DNA of 64,000 nucleotides from Mustelus asterias. Taxonomy: Eukaryota. Each line of letters opens with the position of its first letter. Positions within the stretch are counted from its first letter, which is position 1. Positions 1 to 11,179 of this stretch are shown here, piece after piece. The position numbers and the translations under genes were made by a program. The stretch spans positions 63,488,001-63,552,000 of the forward strand of contig NC_135807.1 in NCBI RefSeq assembly GCF_964213995.1, given 5' to 3'. The notes below the pieces were generated by a model. It was not told the origin of the DNA, made no database searches, and was given only the letters and a program-made list of their open reading frames with translations.

Positions 1-363
1 TGAAAAAAGATATTGAATTCTCAGCATAGACAAAAAACATGAAGGCGTTTCAATTATCAATCTGTCCTTCTGTCCCCTCTAAAAAAATAAGGACTGAAAT
101 TTTAACTGAAGAAATCCTGTAAAATTAGTTCACTATTTCTTCTTTCCAATTAACAAAAAGACCGCTGCTGATACACCCTGGGAGACTCTTCGTAATGCAA
201 ACCTCTGAATGTGGCATGTTGGAAATTGCAGACATTGCTATCATGGATAATTACCTACAGCTGACCATGTGAAATCTATTGGGAAGAATATCCAAACTGA
301 ACCCAACTTTTGAGAGAAACTGAGGCTGAAAATATTAATAAAGAAACTCAATGATAATGTTTT

Positions 364-1287
364 GGGCCAGAATTTTCAAATCCTGTGTGGTCAGGATCTG
401 GTGCAGGTGGGCTTTGAAAATCATGGTCCCAGTATCAACATCCTGATGTCACCGAATTTTCAACAGGCTGGCAGTAGTGTGGTGAACCATACCACTATGA
501 GTGCTGAGCCATGGATGGTCAACACTATGAGTGTTTGTAGATATGTTACTGTTGTCACTGTTGGGGTTAGGGTTGGGCTGTTCTACCTGTTGATATTGTT
601 CTGTGGTACACTCCAGTTGGCTCCGCCTACCTGGGGAAATATAAAGGTCACTGCACTGCCTGGTGACCCTTTAGTCTGGGATTGTATTGTATATAGTGTG
701 CTCCATTCTTGTTAGTAATAAAAACCTTTATTTCCCGGGTATAATCTAGCCTCCCGAGTGATTTAATCGCGTATCAAGTAGCGAACAGGAAAGGGGTCAT
801 CTCTAATTAATGGTCCGTTAAGCTTCTTAACAGGCCTGTCCTGCATGGAATTACATTTTCAAATTTCTCCCAGTCTAATGTACAGCTGTCAGGTGTACCA
901 TAGGCCCTGAGTAAGTTTCTTTGGGAATGGTTTTGAGAAGAATCTGTGGGGCCACTTTGTGCCAGCTCAGGTGTTGGCCCTTACCTTGTCAGCAAGGCTG
1001 CTATCTGCCCCCTTTGACCTCCTGGCCTTCCCACGACCTGCTTCCTCATATCAACAAGGCAGTCCCAAAAATGGCTGCTGCCTTCCTTTGTCGCCTGCAC
1101 TAGGCATACAGCTTCCAACTCCTGGAGGCACTTGATGTCTCTGATTGGGTATTGAGCTCCTCCCCTGACCAATTAGGCCATTCAAGTTTGAAAATTGCTT
1201 TGTGAGTGTGACACAGCTTGGGCATGGAGTTGGGACCCAAAATTCATCTAGGTGCCAGGTTCTGACCCTGCATAGGAAATCCTGCCC
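364..1287. mobile_element. Degenerate non-autonomous DNA transposon (Harbinger-type termini) hosting a solo LTR
   Basis: Ends GGGCCAGAATTTTC ... GAAATCCTGCCC resemble the termini of other MITEs in the window. TSD not clear. Confidence 0.5.
478..776 (+). mobile_element. Solo LTR (LTR retrotransposon)
   Basis: TG...CA termini (TGTGGTGAACCAT...CGCGTATCA), perfect 5-bp TSD AGTAG (473-477 / 777-781), TATAAA near 640, AATAAA near 717. Confidence 0.88.
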
Positions 1288-2426
1288 ATGATATTGCAAG
1301 GTATATTTTTTAAATTATATAACTTGACTCCTGGGTATGAACTGTGGCAAAGATAAATGAGCAATAAAAATCACTTTCAGCAGTTAGATTGATTCAGTTT
1401 GTGTTTTTGTTTTGCTTGGTAGATTTCCCTGACTTGTCATAAGTTACAATCTGTTCTAAGCAATTCCATCTAAACAGATAATAAAAGGTTTTGTTAGATG
1501 ATGTAATGCACCTGTCATCATAAAATAGCGCCCCAAGTGATTTACTGGCCAGGACTATCTGCAAAGCTGATGTATGGGCAGACTCCAATGTGTGTTCTAG
1601 GGGCTGTTAATTTGCAAATCAATGGCCTCCCATCAGCTATTAGCCAGGAATGTAGAGGGACACTAATAGGTAAGGGACACTATTCAAAAGACTAATTATA
1701 AAACAAGATAAGGCAAAGAGGTTCAGCTAAAGAAAATAGCTGATCAAGGGAGGACGGAGAGGGTCTGCAAGTTTCACTGAGGTAGGGTGGAGATGCTCTG
1801 TGGGGAGTGAGCAGAGTAAAGGAGTTTGTATCCAGCACCCTACAATCCTGTGCTTCTTTTAATGCTTTCTTCTAACTCCTCTCCAGTGTAAGAAGAGTAG
1901 ATAGCCCAGATGACTGATGTCCTAACACAGGACATCTTCTGGTATTTATAATTTCCATAAATACATCATATCACATTCAGCCAACTGAAAATGGATGCAA
2001 ATTTCCTTGTACATGTTTTTCATATTGTCAGAATAAAATTCCAGTACTCATTTAGATGTATATCAATCAGTATACTGGCCTGGATTTTATATTGTGAGTG
2101 CTCAGTATTTACCACTATTATGAAGAAAATCAGATAAGAGCTTATACTTAAGCATAGTTAAATACAGAAATCCAACATTGCACTTCAAGTTACCCTGCTC
2201 CTCCACAGATTGCACTATAGTAGAACCTTGATATGTAGCACTTACATCAATTTAACTGCATGAAGTTGCTGTGTTTACTCACAGGTTACTCACAGGGCAG
2301 AAAATGTTAGGGCTTGCTTGTTCAGGAGTAAGTGAACTTTTAATGGATTTGTAAATCATAACAACTGTCAAACAGTCACTCTGGCATTGAAAATTAAACT
2401 TTTGAAGATGCCCTGTCAAGAGCGCA

Positions 2427-2990
2427 GGGCGGCATGGTAGCACAGTGGTTAGCACTGCTGCGGGCGGCATGGTGGTACAGTGGTTAGCACTGCTGCTTCA
2501 CAGCTCAAGGGACCCGAGTTCAATTCTCGGCCTCGGGTCACTGTCTGTGTGGAGTTTGCACGTCCTCCCCGTGTCTGCGTGGGTTTCCTCAGGGTGCCCT
2601 GGCTTCCTCCCACATTCTGAGAGACGTGCTGGTTAGGTGCATTGACCCGAATAGGCGCCGGACTGTGGCGACTAGGGGAATTTCACAGTAACTTCATTGC
2701 AGTGTTACTGTAAGCTTTACTTGTGACTAATAAACTTTAAACTTCACAGCGCCAGGGACCCGGGTTCGATTCCCGGCTTGGGTCACTGTCTGTGTGGAGT
2801 TTGCACGTCCTCCCCGTGTCTGCGTGGGTTTCCTCAGGGTGCTCTGGTTTCCTCCCACATTCTGAGAGACGTGCTGGTTAGGCGCATTGACCCGAATAGG
2901 CGCCGGACTGTGGCGACTAGAGGAATTTCACAGTAACTTCATTGCAGTGTTAATGTAAGCTTTACTTGTGACTAATAAATAAACTTTAAA
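2427..2990 (+). mobile_element. Two nested or duplicated tRNA-derived SINEs (HE1/V-SINE-type head, GACTAGGGG...CTTGTGACTAATAAA tail)
   Basis: Head 2427-2461, a complete copy at 2462-2742, then the rest of the first copy at 2743-2990. A-box TAGCACAGTGG and B-box GGTTCGATTCC present. Confidence 0.9.
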
Positions 2991-3513
2991 GAATTCCATT
3001 GGATCAGATGCCTGATGACAGCTAATGTCTCCATTAAAAACCTGCAAAAACTGAGCTGTCAGAGCATAGTGAACAATAAGTACCATACTGCCAGTCAACC
3101 CCAAATCTGGGCAATTGTCTTCATCCTACTAGGGTGAAGAGCTTGTCTTGTGCTCTAACCTTGCAAGGGTGTCATGTGATGAATGAAATTATCTATGACC
3201 AGAATTTCATCTCCCCCCCCCCCAGCAGGTTTTTAGGGGTTGGCGGGGGGGAATCCCTTAAACTGAGGGGACACAATTCCCTCCCGATGCCCACTGATCC
3301 CAACTACACAGTGATTTTATGCCGGGGTGGGCATGGCCTCGCATGTGAAGCCCACTCTTGCCCCAGCTGAGAGCCTTAAGTAAGCAATTAATGGCCACTA
3401 AACTGTTGTTTTATGCCTAGCCTCAATTTTTAGGTTGGTAGGGGGAACGTACCTCCATGGAGGAAGGTCATTTAACAACAAAGTTACTTCCTAGGTGCGA
3501 AGGATTGAGGGTG

Positions 3514-3795
3514 TGATGCGCATCAATTGGACACAAGGCACAAAGCTTCGGTAAAAGAAGGCTTTTATTAACTAACAATGGAACTATCAGAACTTTAACA
3601 CACTATCCCAGACTGAAGAGGTCCCGCCCGAGCAGGGGGTCTTATACCTCTCCCAGGAGGCGGAGCCCGACTGGGATGTGCCACAACAGTTACAACCACA
3701 GGTGTATCAATCCCACCCTAGCCCAACAACATTAGAACAACCCAACAACAACATTAGAACAATCCCACAGTGGGAACCAACGATGGTTCACCACA
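3514..3795 (-). mobile_element. Solo LTR related to 478-776
   Basis: Minus strand starts TGTGGTGAACCATC and ends GCGCATCA. Perfect 5-bp TSD GGGTG (3509-3513 / 3796-3800). Minus-strand TATAAG and AATAAA present. Confidence 0.88.
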
Positions 3796-4006
3796 GGGTG
3801 CCCCCCGACTTAGGGTCCGGTGACCTCCAGACCTCCCTCCATCCCCCAGTCTCTCCCCAATCACCCCCTTCACAACACCATACCCCTCGCCCCAGGCATT
3901 CCCTATCCTCCTTGCCCTGGGACCCTTAAGTTAACTGGTCCTCCAGTTCCTGAACATCGACCCAGGCCTCTTTCTGCATTTCTTCGTCTGTCCACAACAG
4001 CGCTGT

Positions 4007-4213
4007 AAGGAGTCTCACAACACCAGGTTAAAGTCCAACAGATTTATTTGGAATCACAAGCTCTCGGAGTGCTGCCCCCTTCATCAGATGAGTGAAGGAG
4101 CAATGCTCCGAAAGCTCGTGATTCCAAATAAACCTGTTGGATTTTAACCTAGTGTTGTAAGGGTTCTTACTGTGCCCACCATAGTCTAATTCCGGCATCT
4201 CCCCATCATCGCC
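4007..4213 (+). mobile_element. Penelope-like (PLE) terminal-repeat derivative, inverted pLTR pair with hammerhead-like motifs
   Basis: Roughly 80-bp inverted arms (ACAACACCAGGTTAAAGTCCAACAG...CTGTTGGATTTTAACCTAGTGTTGT), 3' tail, 10-bp flanking duplication ACAGCGCTGT (3997-4006 / 4214-4223). Confidence 0.72.
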
Positions 4214-4739
4214 ACAGCGCTGTCACTGCAGGGACTGGACAGTTGCTGACAGCTCTCTAAAGGCGCTATGTTCTCCTGAGAGCGGTGCCACTTAATGCTC
4301 ATTCAAGCATGAAATGGCAGTGGGGCGCTCAGAATCGGTGGGGATGTGTTGTTCGCTGACTCTTCCAATGGTGGAAAGTGAGATCCAGCCATCCAAAAAA
4401 TTCAGTTTGAGGCATTTATGGCAAAAGGCAGCCATGTACAGTGTCAAATTCCAGACTGTTGACTTCACATCATATTAAATTTATATGACACAGATGTATA
4501 AGACCCAAAGGGAATATAAGAGGCTGTTTTATGATGAGAAGCTAGACCAGCATTCAGGAGTCAAACCACACACGTTTCTTTGCAACGTTGCCTGAAATGG
4601 CATGGATTGTGGCAGAGATGGGGGCAAGTGGACAGAAAAACCTACCATTGCCTTAATATGCAAACTGGATTTCTCTTCCCTCGATCCTCTTCCAGGTTCT
4701 TTACTCCGCTGGCATTCCTAAACCTGCCTCCCGCATGAG

Positions 4740-4960
4740 TGGTAAGACATTCAGCCCTTCAAACTTGCTCTGCCATTCTAATAGATCATGGCTGATGATC
4801 ACCTGGACTCCATTTACCTGCCTTAGTTCCGATCCCCTGATCCCCCAAATTAACAAAAGTTTGTTAATCTCACTTATAAAAGCTGCAATTGCCCAAGTTT
4901 CCACAGCCTTTTCGATGGGGAGAATTCCAGATTACAGGTAACCTTTGTATGAAAAAGTAC
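4740..4960 (-). mobile_element. CR1 LINE 3' end remnant
   Basis: Matches the CR1 3' ends at 12790, 16420 and 33345 (CATTCAGCCCTTC...AGATCATGGCTGAT). Confidence 0.65.
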
Positions 4961-5026
4961 TTCCAGACTTGCCTCCAGCCCAATCTTCTATGATGAAGAG
5001 AAAACAAGGCAATTTTATTCAACCAA

Positions 5027-5335
5027 GGGCAGCACGGTGGCACAATGGTGAACCCAGCTCCAGGGACCCGGGTTCAATTCCAGCCTCGGGTCACTGTCTG
5101 TGTGAAGTCTGCATGTTCTCCAAGTGTCTGCATGGGTTTCCTCCCAGTGCTCCGGTTTCCTCCCACTCTCCAAAGATGTGCGGGTTAGGTGAATTGGCTA
5201 AATTGCCCCTTAGTGTCAGGGGGATTAGTTGGGTAAGTATGTGGGGTTACAGGATAGGGCATGGGTGGGATTGTGGTCGGTGCAGGCTGAATGGCCTCCT
5301 TCTGCACTGTAGGGATTCTATTCTATTCTATTCTA
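5027..5335 (+). mobile_element. HE1-type tRNA-derived V-SINE
   Basis: tRNA-like head, core GGGTTTCCTCCCAGTGCTCCGGTTTCCTCCCAC, CR1-like tail ending (TTCTA)n. Confidence 0.9.
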
Positions 5336-5409
5336 ACCTCAGAACTTAACCCTTTTAGCTCCAATATTATTCTGGTGAATCCTGTCTGCATCCCTGCAAA
5401 GTCAACATC

Positions 5410-6470
5410 CAGAATCTTGTGCTGCTACCGGGAATGAGAAAATGAGGTGGGAGTCGAAACGTCAGCTTCACAATACCGGGCTGAAAATAATGAATTAAGG
5501 TGGCAGCTGATTGAAACTGAATCGTGCTCCCTGACAACAAGTGGCGGCAAGTTATTTCTAATACATTAGCATGTCACACACACTCTTTAAACCCCATACC
5601 CCTCACCAGTTCACCAGTTTAAATTGGACTTGTGTGGTTAACTCTGCAGCAAACGAGACAGACACATGGTGGTTTCAGATCCACAACTGTTTAAAGGTGG
5701 CATGCAGCAGGTCAGGTAGTCTTCCACCTGGGTTTGGGCTGGGTAGCTGATGTTTTTCTTGTGTGGTTGAACCAGGGAAGAGGTGACAATGATACATCGA
5801 GATCAGGTGGCAGCTATGAAAGGGGAATTGCTGGTTAAGAGAAAGAGGGATGAAGGGAGGGGGTGGGGTGGAAATCAAGATATGGCTGAGCAAGGGAGGG
5901 AGGATGGAGGCTGTGCAGACAACCCAAAGAAACCTACAGAGTACAGGTGGAGGATGGAGTTGTCCACGGTGCAGCAATTGAAAACCAAATTGCACTCGAC
6001 ACAAAGTATAGGGCTTTTCATTGGTTAGAAGTGTTCAGGTTAGCAGGGAGGACCATAAAGTGTGAGCTGACCAGATTGTTCTCTACATTGTGCCATAGTT
6101 CATCTCAGGCAGACAAGGTGCAAGTGCACCGAGTACTTCTGCTAACTCTGTCACGGCTGAAGAGCAACTTGTAGAAAGTAGCCCAGGGCCAGATGCAACA
6201 ATGACCTGAACACCAAAAGAGCACCAGCAGAGGGTGAGGCAGCTTGGGATGATGGCATCCAGGGGTCAGTAAAATGTCGAGTAATGACACGCAACTGTCA
6301 GAGAGGCAATGTCGGAAACAGTTGAGAATATCTCGGCTTTCCGTCACTCACTTGTGTCAGCTCCTTCAGGATGACATACATCCTCATGGATTGGGAGGCA
6401 ATCAAATGTCAGTATTGTTAAAAGTCACCATGGCATTGAACTTCTATTTCGGTGGGTCTTTAGTCAGGTC
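5410..6470 (+). mobile_element. PIF/Harbinger transposon 5' remnant with transposase N-terminus
   Basis: ORF 6274..6507 (LSERQCRKQLRISRLSVTHLCQLL...GGNQMSVLLKVTMALNFYFGGS) resembles the Harbinger/HARBI1 N-terminus and is homologous to 39050-39250. Confidence 0.65.
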
Positions 6471-6959
6471 AGAAAAAAATGGACTTCCTGCTACTGATGC
6501 TGTGTAGCACAGCACAGCAAGTGCTCAGTGACAATACTGGATGAAGAAAAATACCTAATTATCTTGCATAGGAGATCATGTCAATTGATGACAAGGAAAC
6601 TGAGAGCTGAGACCTCCAGGACTGTGTGGCACCTAGATGTGACTGGAGAGGGATATGCATCTGACAATATACGTGAAGCACTGTATGATGAGGCACACCT
6701 AAGTTCATTAAAGTAAGATGTCTCTGATCAACCTGATCATGTCTCTGATCAACCACATGTCTATGAACATCACAAAGAACTGAACTTGGCAACCTGGAAG
6801 GTAAGGACACTGACAGCTACAGGAAAGCGAGAGCATGTGTGCTTGGAGGCAGAAAGATTAACCTGATGCATCTTTCTGAGGTCAGATGGGCAGCCAGTGA
6901 CCAGAAGAAGTCAGAGTGCTGAACCTTCTACGATAGTGGAGGAGGAAAGCATCCACGGA

Positions 6960-7540
6960 ATGCAACAAGCCTGGACAAGCGCTCAGATCCTGCGCAGACT
7001 AGCTGGCAGAGGTATTTGCAAACATCTTCAACTTTGCTTAACAACAATCTGAGGTCCGTATCTGCTTCAAGAAGACGACCATCATCCCGGTACCAAAGAA
7101 AAGCCAAATAGCGTGCCTTAATGACTATCGTCCGGTGGATCTGACGTCCATCATTATGAAGTGCTTCGAAAGGTTAGTCATGGCATGAATCAATTCCAGC
7201 CTCCCGGACTGCCTGGATCCACTACAGTTCACCTACTGCCGCAACAGGTCCACAGCAGATGCCATCTCCCTGGCCCTGCACTCAACTCTGAAACACCGAG
7301 ATAACAACGACATCTGTGTCAGAGTCCTATTTATCGATGACAGCTCAGCCTTTAACACTATTATTCCGACAAAACTCATCTCCAAACTCCATGGCCTAGT
7401 CTCGGCTCCTCCCTCTGTGACTAGATCCTGAACTCCCTAACCCACGGACCGCAATCAATAAGGATAGGCAACAACACCTCCTCCACGATCATCCTGAACA
7501 CTGGTGCCCCCACAAGGCTGTGTCCTCAGCCCCTTATTAT
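6960..7540 (+). mobile_element. Rex1/Babar-type LINE reverse transcriptase fragment
   Basis: Decayed translation [13 protein letters not shown]...[21 protein letters not shown]...[10 protein letters not shown]...NTGAP.GCVLSPL. Confidence 0.8.
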
Positions 7541-7559
7541 AGGTGCAGTTGTGGACGAC

Positions 7560-9890
7560 AATCTAAACTTTTAGTGCTCACTTTGAGGAATGGCGCGATA
7601 TCCTAATAAGAATGGATGAAACAGAGAAGAGAATCCTGTTAATGGAAAGAACAGTTTCTTTTGTGAAGGCTCACCTTCAGTTTTTGGAAGTCCTGCTCCT
7701 GGTGTGTCGTATAGCCTGGTTGGCTCAGGAAGATGGGACTGAAGGAATGTCTGTGAGCCCAGTTTTCCGAGGGAAGCTGGGGATGAACCCCCAGCCGAAT
7801 TTGAGAATTGGCTGCCATGCTTTCACAATCTCCATTTGAGGGATGTGCGTCGTGAGGTTGATGAAGCACATTGCATCCAGTCTTCGAGGCTTGGTTCAAG
7901 TCAAAGGTTCTGACCACTGGTCTTCTGCTGTCCTTAGTGTTTGTCAAAAAGGGTTGGAGGTGGCTGGATTTGTTGAGTCTTTGCCACTTGCCAGGGCTTA
8001 GGCTTTTCTTTGCTGGGGCTTTGGGATGATGACATGGTGGAGGTATAGAGGCTTCAGTAAACCTTTGGATGGATCCTGGAAGATGCTTGACATTCTTGTC
8101 ATGGTTTGGCCGTTTCATGCTCCGTGAATGATGTATTATCCTGCAGTTCATCATTAAACTGGGGGAGTATAAATTTAGTACCCTTTGCCTTTTTTTTAAA
8201 GATGAGTAGTACCATAGCAGGGTGGTGGATAGGTGGTTTGGTATGGAGATGGTTGTTACGGCCTTGATTCCTCACTGTGGGTGAGTAAAGTTCCCCATTG
8301 GGACAACTGGGGTCACGTTTTCCATTTTGCATTTTGGTTACTATGGGACTAAGGAATCTTTGCTTGTTTCCTGAGCAAGTACAGACAAGATCGTGTATCT
8401 TGAAAAAAAAGTGTCCTTTTTTCTTTTCCTAAGTCACTGGCATCTCCGGTGATGTTGGAGTGGGGGAATTATGGTTTGGGCACACCGGGTATAGCTGACT
8501 AATTTTTGAATATCTAGCCTTTTTGGGTTGGTCTTAAAATCATAGAATCATAGAAACCCTACAGTACAGAAAGAGGCCATTCGGCCCATCGAGTCTGCAC
8601 CGACCACAATCCCACCCAGGCCCTACCCCCATATTCCAACATATTTACCCACTAATCCCCCTAACCTACGCATCTCAGGACACTAAGGGCAATTTTAGCA
8701 TGGCCAATCAACCTAACCCTTTGGACTGTGGGAGGAAACCGGAGCACCTGAAGGAAACTCACGCAGACACGAGGAGAATGTGCAAACTCCACACAGACAG
8801 TGACCCAAGCCGGGAATCAAACCCAGGTCCCTGGAGCTGTGAAGCAACAGTGCTAACCACTGTGCTACCGTGCCGCCCATATTTTGATTTAGCTGAACAG
8901 GCAGTGGTTATTTGATTATTTGGCCCATGGAGGGCACAATGGGCATATTGTCTGGTTGTGATGATTTCTCTTTTGAGGTGAGTAATGGGTTGAATTTCAT
9001 TGATAGTGGGGCCTGGGTGGTGCTTTTGGGGTATCTAGAGAGAGGGATAGTTGACATGTAAGAGTAATGCAAGTGTTCTTGTTTTGTTGGCCCTTATTTT
9101 AGGGTGTTGTAGAGCAAGTCAGGGCAGTAGTGGCTGTGTTTTACTGGGTCGGGCGGATGGTATTTTAGATGGGGGAGTAGATTGCCCATGATGTCCCCTT
9201 CTGGTAGCTACTGGACTGTTCTTCTTCCTGAGGTTTGGTTCCTCTGGGGTTATGATGTTCTGTTGGTTGCAGGCCCTGAGTGCGAATCTTCGGTTGGAGA
9301 TTGGGCTGGTTGAAAGGATAGGTAAACCTCCTCCAAGTGGTTTTATATGAGACTTCAGAGAGGGATTTTAGTGCCGTGAGCCTGGGCGAGGTATGTGAAT
9401 CCTTGGCTTACTGGTTCCTATACATGAGAGTATACACTGCTATGCTATAGCTTGTACCGATGGCAGTAGTCTGATGTTTCCCCTTTCATGGATTATCCTT
9501 TCATTGCCTGGGGGGACCTGGGATGCTGGAATGCTGAATTAGGCTCTTGTATATTATCCCATGAGGGATTCCATATATTTTGTAGCTCTGTCTATGTTAT
9601 CCTTTGGAGGAGGGCATGCATTCTGGGGCCATGTTCTCACAATGTTATCCTGTTATCCTGAGATCCCCACACTCTCTGATATCTTTCCTTATCCTTATGA
9701 GAGGAGACATCAGCTACAACGCTTGCAATGGTGGATAATTGGAATAATTTGTATTAATTTTCACTGATTTTTTTGTATGTTTGTATGGAATAATTATTAC
9801 TCTGCACTGTATTAGATCTTTGGGGATCTGTTGCATTTCGTGGCAAATGTAAAATGAAAACTTTCAATAAAAATATTCTTCAAACAAAAA
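7560..9890 (+). mobile_element. Highly degraded L1/Tx1-like LINE
   Basis: Coiled-coil ORF1-like start (MDETEKRI), G/T-rich body, 3' AATAAA plus A-rich tail at 9866-9890. Interrupted by a SINE. Confidence 0.4.
8539..8878 (-). mobile_element. HE1-type V-SINE, full length
   Basis: Reverse complement of the 58331 copy, from head GGGCGGCACGGTAGCACAGTGG to the (TTCTATGA)n tail. Confidence 0.92.
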
Positions 9891-10725
9891 GAATGGTAAC
9901 ACTTCGAAGGTACATTTACTGGTCAAGGTCATAGCTGGAAAGAAGTTTGTAAACCCAGGAATAGATATCAAGGATGTGAATGGATACTTGTATGATAAGG
10001 ACAAGACTAGGCTGAGGTGGGAAAATTATTGCAAGAAACCGGCTGAGGAAGAACCAATGAAGATTGGAAGTTTAAAAAACAACCATATACCCCCATATAC
10101 CTTGTTCCTGTACCCCCCAAACTGTACCTTTTAATTTATATTACCTTTTCTCATTCTTTCTAACACAAAGTATCAATTTACGTGTCCAATATGGCTTGAT
10201 ATAGTATTGGATGAGAAGTGAACATTCTAAATTTGACATTTTGCATCCATTTTCCACCTGTAAAAACAGGCACAAGGAGGCCCAATTTTACACCCTCAGT
10301 CTTTGGATTCAACTGTTCCAGGAATAGGTACTGCCCAAAACCTTTCTCTAAACCACAATGGTGGCCCTTTAAAGGAAAAATTAATCTTTGCTGTTAAGTC
10401 AGTCCCTTTACTGTATTTTTTCTAACTGTCATTTTTTTCTTTGTTTAGTTTACAGCATTTGTCAGCTGTTTCCTATTACTCTTGTCAGAACAGTCTACAA
10501 TGATTTATTTAAGTCTCCTGGTTGTCATATCTTTCTTCCTGTTAGAATGTGGCATAAATTATTTCAACAAACGCTTACAGGCTTCTCCCTGAATTCATTA
10601 TTGTTTAAGTAAAAAAAAACTAGACTTCTCCAAGAACATTGCATCAGTTTTTTTTTGTGGCAGCATGCCATCTTGTAAGGGGATGGTTTGTGCCATTGTG
10701 GTCAATTCTGCGTTAAGCATCCACT

Positions 10726-11175
10726 GGGCCTGAGTTTTAAGCTCCCTGCCAACAGGTTTGTAGGTGGGGGGTGGGAGCAAGCGTAAAATTCCTTGGATGG
10801 GCTTCTCACTAAGTTCCCGCCTATCCCAACCTCTTTGCAATTTTAAGCTGAGGCTGGCAAGGCCTTGGAAGGGCTGACCGCCTTTGCCCCAGTTGAGGGC
10901 TTTAAATGGTCAATATTATCCACACATGGGCTTGTTTTCCACCCAGCGTCAGTTTTTAGGCTGGTGGAAGGAGTTCCCGGTTATTGGGTTCAGGTCTTGG
11001 GTGGAAAGATGGAGACGGCTCCATGAGAAGCCCTCTTTTACCTATGGGCATCTCCTTCCATCTCTCCCATCCCCCCCCCCCAATCCCTCTCTGCAGGGCA
11101 GACCAGGTCTGCGGGGATGTGTTTTCCGCTGCCTCTTCAAATGGCAGGATGGGAATCTCCAGTATACTAAAAGTC
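10726..11175. mobile_element. Harbinger-type MITE remnant truncated by an RTE
   Basis: Left end GGGCCTGAGTTTTA and a body similar to 3197-3500. Confidence 0.4.
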
Positions 11176-11179
11176 CCAG

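Larger units (their letters stand above)
3197..4408. mobile_element. Degenerate Harbinger-type non-autonomous element hosting a solo LTR and a Penelope-derived insertion
   Basis: Left end GACCAGAATTTC, GC-rich body, right end AAAATTCAG. Boundaries approximate. Confidence 0.4.
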
